From Terriglobia bacterium (GTDB taxonomy: Bacteria; Acidobacteriota; Terriglobia; JAJPHL01; JAPKYU01): 64,000 bases of DNA. Under the pieces are notes generated by a model. That model ran no database searches. It had not been told where the DNA came from and saw nothing but the letters and a program-made list of their open reading frames with translations. Location of the stretch: contig CBDBKE010000004.1 in assembly GCA_965206645.1 (NCBI GenBank), positions 224,001-288,000 of the forward strand. Direction: 5' to 3'. A program made the translations under genes and the position numbers. Below are positions 59,811 through 64,000 of the stretch, one piece after another. The stretch's first letter is position 1. Every line of letters begins with the position of its first letter.

Positions 59811-60467
59811 ATGCCGATTCGATTCGCATCCTTACTGATGCTAGCAGTCTGTCTGGCCACGGTTCCCGCCGTGGCCGACTATAAGTTGGAGAAGGGAGCG
59901 GCCGCTCCGGAGGAAGTTCCGGCGGCGCTGAAGGAGCTGGTGGAAGCGCCGGGCCTCCGAGTCGTGAAAGCTGCGGGTGCACCCTACGCCGAATTGTGGC
60001 TGCACAAGGCCCTGGCCGGGGCAGCCAAACCTTCCGAGGGCGACGTCCTCTACACCGGACTTGCTGAGGGAGCGTTTCTAGGGGTGTGGCGCTTTGTCGC
60101 CAAGGGTTCTGATTTTCGCGGCCAGTCCATGAACCCCGGTCTCTACACCATGCGCTACGCTCGAATGCCGGCCGATGGGAATCATATGGGCGCCGCGCAG
60201 TACCGGGACTTCATCTTACTGGTCCCCCTCGCCGCAGACTCCAACCCCGCCGCTCAACTGCCGTTCGCTGAGCTTGTGGCCTTGAGCCGCAAAGCCTCCG
60301 GGACCGGCCATCCGGCGGTTTTCCCGCTGGCCTCTCCCGAAAGCGTGACCGAACCGACCCTGACGAAAGACTACGAGGAAAATTGGATCCTGAAGATCAG
60401 GGTCTCCACCAAATGCGGCGAGCCGATGCCGTTCGCGATCGGCGTGTTTGGCCGCGCCGAGCAGTAA
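59811..60467 (+). CDS. secreted hypothetical protein
   Basis: signal peptide, DFRGQ...PG.YTMRY..P.DGNHMG..RDF. Confidence 0.7.
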   Translation: MPIRFASLLMLAVCLATVPAVADYKLEKGAAAPEEVPAALKELVEAPGLRVVKAAGAPYAELWLHKALAGAAKPSEGDVLYTGLAEGAFLGVWRFVAKGSDFRGQSMNPGLYTMRYARMPADGNHMGAAQYRDFILLVPLAADSNPAAQLPFAELVALSRKASGTGHPAVFPLASPESVTEPTLTKDYEENWILKIRVSTKCGEPMPFAIGVFGRAEQ

Positions 60468-60578
60468 GACCTTCCAGCCCCTCCAGAGGCTCGACCCGGA
60501 CGGACCAGAAGCCGGCGCGGCACTGTGGTGCGTGGCAATTCTGACCAGCGAGCTATTCTTCGGCTACAATTATTAGAG

Positions 60579-62435
60579 ATGGCATTAGATTTGGGCACGA
60601 AAGCGGTTTTCTATCCTGGGTGCGCGGCTTTTTGTTTGCTGCTGGTAACTCCGCCGGGCGCCGCGCGGGCCGACATTTCGCCGGAGCGCTATCTGGAGCA
60701 CGTCAAGGTGCTGGCCGGTGAGGAGATGAAGGGTCGTGGCAACGACCGGCCGGAACTGCAACTGGCCGCCAAATACGTGGCCAAGCAATTCCGCGCCTGC
60801 GGCCTTCAGCCGCTCAACGGCAGCTACTTTCAGAAATTCCGGGCGACCACGGGTACCAGCGTCGGTCGCAATAATCGCCTGACGGCCCGGTTCCCGGACA
60901 GCACCAAGTCCTACAAGAGTGGCAAGGACTTCGTGTCATTAGGAATCAGCGATCCTGGCACGGTCTCCGGTCAGGTTGTGTTTGCCGGCTACGGGATCAC
61001 CGCCGCCGAGTACAACTACGACGATTACGCGCACCTGGACGTGAAGGGCAAGATCGTGCTGGTTCTTCGCCACGAGCCGCAAGAGCGGGACGACAAGAGC
61101 GTGTTCATGGGCCGCGAGTTCACCAGCCACGCAGGCATCGTGCAAAAGACCATCAACGCGCGGCTGCACGGAGCGGCGGCGCTGCTCCTGGTGAACGACC
61201 CCAACCAGCACCCTGGCGATAAGGATCCGCTGCTGAAAGTAGGCGCGCTGATGGGGCCTGAGCACCTGGGTCTGCTGGCCATTCAGGTGAAACGTAAGGT
61301 TGCCGATGCGCTGCTCGCGACGGTCCGCAGGAGTCTGAAAGCTGCACAGGAAGCCCTTGACCACGATCTGTCCAACCTTTCCGTAGCCCTTCCTGTCCGG
61401 GTCCAATTGAAGGTGGACGTAACCCGGCTCACGCGGGAGCTGGAAAACGTCGTCGGCATCCTGCCCGGCAATGACCCGGCGCTGGCCAGCGAAGCCGTGG
61501 TGATCGGCGCGCATTATGATCATCTCGGCCTGGGCCGGCGCAGCTCGCTGGCCCGTCGGAAGGTCGGGAAAATCCACTACGGAGCTGACGACAATGCCTC
61601 CGGAACGGCTGGCCTGTTGGAGCTGGCCTGCGACCTGGCTGGCCGGGCTGAGCAGCAGCCTGGGAAACTGAAGCGCAGTATCGTGTTCCTGGCCTTCGCC
61701 GCGGAGGAGCTGGGCCTGCTTGGCTCCGGCCATTATGCCCGCAATCCGCTGGTCGCCATGGAGAAGACGATCGCCATGATCAATCTGGACATGATCGGCC
61801 GCCCGAGAGACCGCATGGTTTATGTGGGCGGTGTGGGGACGTCCCGGGAGTTCCGCGCACTGGTGGAAAAAGAGAACGAGGCTGTTGCGCTAAAGCTGAA
61901 GTATTCGCTGGGGGGATACGGCGCCAGCGATCACTCCTCGTTCACGGCGCGCCAGGTGCCGGTGCTGTTCTTTTTTTCCGGCTTGCACTCGGACTACCAC
62001 AAGCCCAGCGATACCTGGGAAAAGATCAATGCCCCTGATGCGGCCGACGTGCTCCGACTGGTCCGGCGGGTGGTGTTTCGGCTGAACACCCATCCCCGGC
62101 GCCCGCTCTTTGTCCGGGTGGCTGCGCCTGGCATTGCCGCCAGTTCCGCACCCAGAGGCGGCGGCTACGGGCCTTATTTCGGAAGCATTCCGGACTTCGC
62201 CGAAGTCGAAAACGGCGTGCGCTTCGCCGACATCAAAGATGGCAGTCCCGCTGCCAGCGCCGGACTCCAGGCGGGTGACATCCTGGTGGAGTTTGATGGC
62301 AAGGCCGTGAAGAACCTTTACGACTTCACCTACCTGCTCCGCGCTCACCAGCCGGGTGATGAAGTGGGGATCGTGGTGATACGGAAGCAGCAGAGGATCA
62401 CTGCCAGGGTCACTCTCGGCCATCGTCCAGGCTAG
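60579..62435 (+). CDS. M28 metallopeptidase with PA and PDZ domains
   Basis: GAHYDHLG, GADDNASG, AEE.GL.GS, NLDMIG, SDH, DYHKPSD, C-terminal PDZ (GSPA..AGLQAGD). Confidence 0.92.
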   Translation: MALDLGTKAVFYPGCAAFCLLLVTPPGAARADISPERYLEHVKVLAGEEMKGRGNDRPELQLAAKYVAKQFRACGLQPLNGSYFQKFRATTGTSVGRNNRLTARFPDSTKSYKSGKDFVSLGISDPGTVSGQVVFAGYGITAAEYNYDDYAHLDVKGKIVLVLRHEPQERDDKSVFMGREFTSHAGIVQKTINARLHGAAALLLVNDPNQHPGDKDPLLKVGALMGPEHLGLLAIQVKRKVADALLATVRRSLKAAQEALDHDLSNLSVALPVRVQLKVDVTRLTRELENVVGILPGNDPALASEAVVIGAHYDHLGLGRRSSLARRKVGKIHYGADDNASGTAGLLELACDLAGRAEQQPGKLKRSIVFLAFAAEELGLLGSGHYARNPLVAMEKTIAMINLDMIGRPRDRMVYVGGVGTSREFRALVEKENEAVALKLKYSLGGYGASDHSSFTARQVPVLFFFSGLHSDYHKPSDTWEKINAPDAADVLRLVRRVVFRLNTHPRRPLFVRVAAPGIAASSAPRGGGYGPYFGSIPDFAEVENGVRFADIKDGSPAASAGLQAGDILVEFDGKAVKNLYDFTYLLRAHQPGDEVGIVVIRKQQRITARVTLGHRPG

Positions 62436-62497
62436 CTGGGGCACGAGCTAGCCGTCGTCCGAACTAGCCATCGTCCGAACTAGAAAGTGACAAGGCT

Positions 62498-63211
62498 GTG
62501 CCAGAATTACCCATCTCCCGTGTGGCCATCGGGTTTCGTCCAAAGTTCCTGGACTTCCACCGCGGCATCCGAGTAGGGAACCTGGAATCGCATGAGCGGA
62601 TCACCCGGATCCTGAAGCTGGCTCTGGAGAGCCGCTATCAGCAGCCTTTTGTCACCGACCGCTGGGGCCGCGGCGTCTTCTGGCAGTGGATCTGTTTCCT
62701 GCTCCGCGCCAACCGTCTGGCCAAACCGGAATCGAATCACATCAATTTCGGCTGCTCCAAGTTTTTCCTCATGGTGGATACCGAAGAGCGACAATTCAAA
62801 TGCGGGATGCAGGTCGAGCGTGGATACCTGAGAGCGCCACGCGGCTTTCTCCAGGCCCGGCTACGCCCGGATTGGGACTGGTACCGGCTGCTTCGGGGAT
62901 TATCGCCGCGCAGCCCGCTGGAGCGGGAACTGCGCCGGTTGGTCGAGCGCGAAGGCTTCTGGCTCCACGCCGGAAGCTGGGACCAGCCCCAGCGCTACGG
63001 TCAGAGAAATTTTCCCGGGGCCGCCCGGCTACGGCGCGCCTTGCAGAGCGCCCCGGCGAGCGACTGGTGCGGCTTCCAGCTTTACTACCGCATGGAAGAG
63101 CCCGAGGTGCAAAGCTCCACGGGGCTGGACCTTGTGGAGGCAATGCTGGCGATCTACCAGGAAGTCACCCCTGTAATGAATCTCTGCATGCAGGTACGCA
63201 TGCAGAGTTAA
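62498..63211 (+). CDS. hypothetical protein (Trp/Cys-rich)
   Basis: 237-aa ORF with GC-biased third codon positions; no family recognised. Confidence 0.6.
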   Translation: MPELPISRVAIGFRPKFLDFHRGIRVGNLESHERITRILKLALESRYQQPFVTDRWGRGVFWQWICFLLRANRLAKPESNHINFGCSKFFLMVDTEERQFKCGMQVERGYLRAPRGFLQARLRPDWDWYRLLRGLSPRSPLERELRRLVEREGFWLHAGSWDQPQRYGQRNFPGAARLRRALQSAPASDWCGFQLYYRMEEPEVQSSTGLDLVEAMLAIYQEVTPVMNLCMQVRMQS

Positions 63212-63349
63212 GAATCCCGCATTGGAAGTTTGCGATCATCCGGCTGCACCCCTCGTGTTGCGGCGGGGAGGCGGATTCCTCGCTGCGCTCGGAATGGCGG
63301 AGAAGCGACTTTTGCATCATTTTGCCAGGAGGCTTATATACTCTCTGCC

Positions 63350-64000
63350 ATGAATCGCCGATGCCTCCTGTGGTGGAGTTTTCTGCTCCTTGTAGCGGTT
63401 TCCGTGCGGGCTGAGGATTGGCCGGAATGGCGGGGGAAGGGCCGGCTCGGTGTGTGGACGGAAACCGGTGTTCTGGAAACCTTCTCTGAAAAGGGACTGC
63501 AGATTAAGTGGCGGACGCCAATCAAGGGAGGCTACAGCGGTCCGGCCGTGGCGGGAGGTCGGGTGTTTGTCCTGGATTTCTCTCCCACGGAAGTGAACAA
63601 AGGGATCGAGCGCCTCCTCTGTCTAGATGAAAAAACAGGCCGCATTCTTTGGACACGGGAGTGGGAGACTGACTACACGGGCCTCATGGGAACGTATGCC
63701 ATCGGGCCGCGGACCACGCCGACGGTGGATGGCGATCGCGTGTACGCCTTGGGCACCACCGGCATTCTCCTCTGCCTCAGCGTCAAGAACGGCGCGATCC
63801 TGTGGAAGAAAGATTTTGTGAACGACTACGGGACCGAGGTGCCGGTCTGGGGAATGACCGGCGCGCCGGTGGTGGACGGGGCGCGACTCATCGCGCTGGT
63901 GGGGGGCAAGCCGGATGCCAAGGTGGTGGCGTTCGACAAAATGACTGGGGAGGAAATCTGGCGGTCCCTTCCTTCGAGCAGCGAGCCGGGGTATTGCCCG
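63350..64000 (+). CDS. PQQ-like/BamB-type beta-propeller protein (runs off window end)
   Basis: signal peptide, EDWPEWRG, GYSGPAV, GPRTTPTVDG, CL...G..LW repeats. Confidence 0.85.
   Translation, partial: MNRRCLLWWSFLLLVAVSVRAEDWPEWRGKGRLGVWTETGVLETFSEKGLQIKWRTPIKGGYSGPAVAGGRVFVLDFSPTEVNKGIERLLCLDEKTGRILWTREWETDYTGLMGTYAIGPRTTPTVDGDRVYALGTTGILLCLSVKNGAILWKKDFVNDYGTEVPVWGMTGAPVVDGARLIALVGGKPDAKVVAFDKMTGEEIWRSLPSSSEPGYCP

Overview
GC-rich bacterial chromosome segment, most likely Acidobacteria (Terriglobia-like), inferred from TIGR03437, SBBP, LssY, DUF1501/DUF1553 and DUF5777-type genes. It opens with tpiA-secG-tRNA-Leu(GAG). Next is a ~6.2 kb integrase-less island bounded by a 27-bp copy of the tRNA 3' end. 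The island carries a candidate RiPP-like pair (small leader-like protein plus an RRE-fused methyltransferase), a NupC transporter split by a complete IS3-family element, and a frameshifted phage small-terminase-like gene. A second accessory stretch (~9.5-26 kb) holds AtuA-type genes, decaying genes with locally templated insertions, TPR proteins and a PPC/DUF1553/DUF1501 cluster. The rest is mostly core-like: a five-gene Qrc/alternative complex III-like operon, GH18/APC/SSS, ribF, mazG, a GNAT-OSBS/NAAAR pair split by a 1101-aa GH63-like gene, a heme-motif beta-barrel with (ACC)29, a PCYCGC protein with a probable Sec codon and SECIS-like hairpin, a Ser/Ser DapF, murB, a Tat-exported Pao-like molybdoenzyme operon and an M28 peptidase. 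All family calls come from motif recognition by eye, with no database searches.
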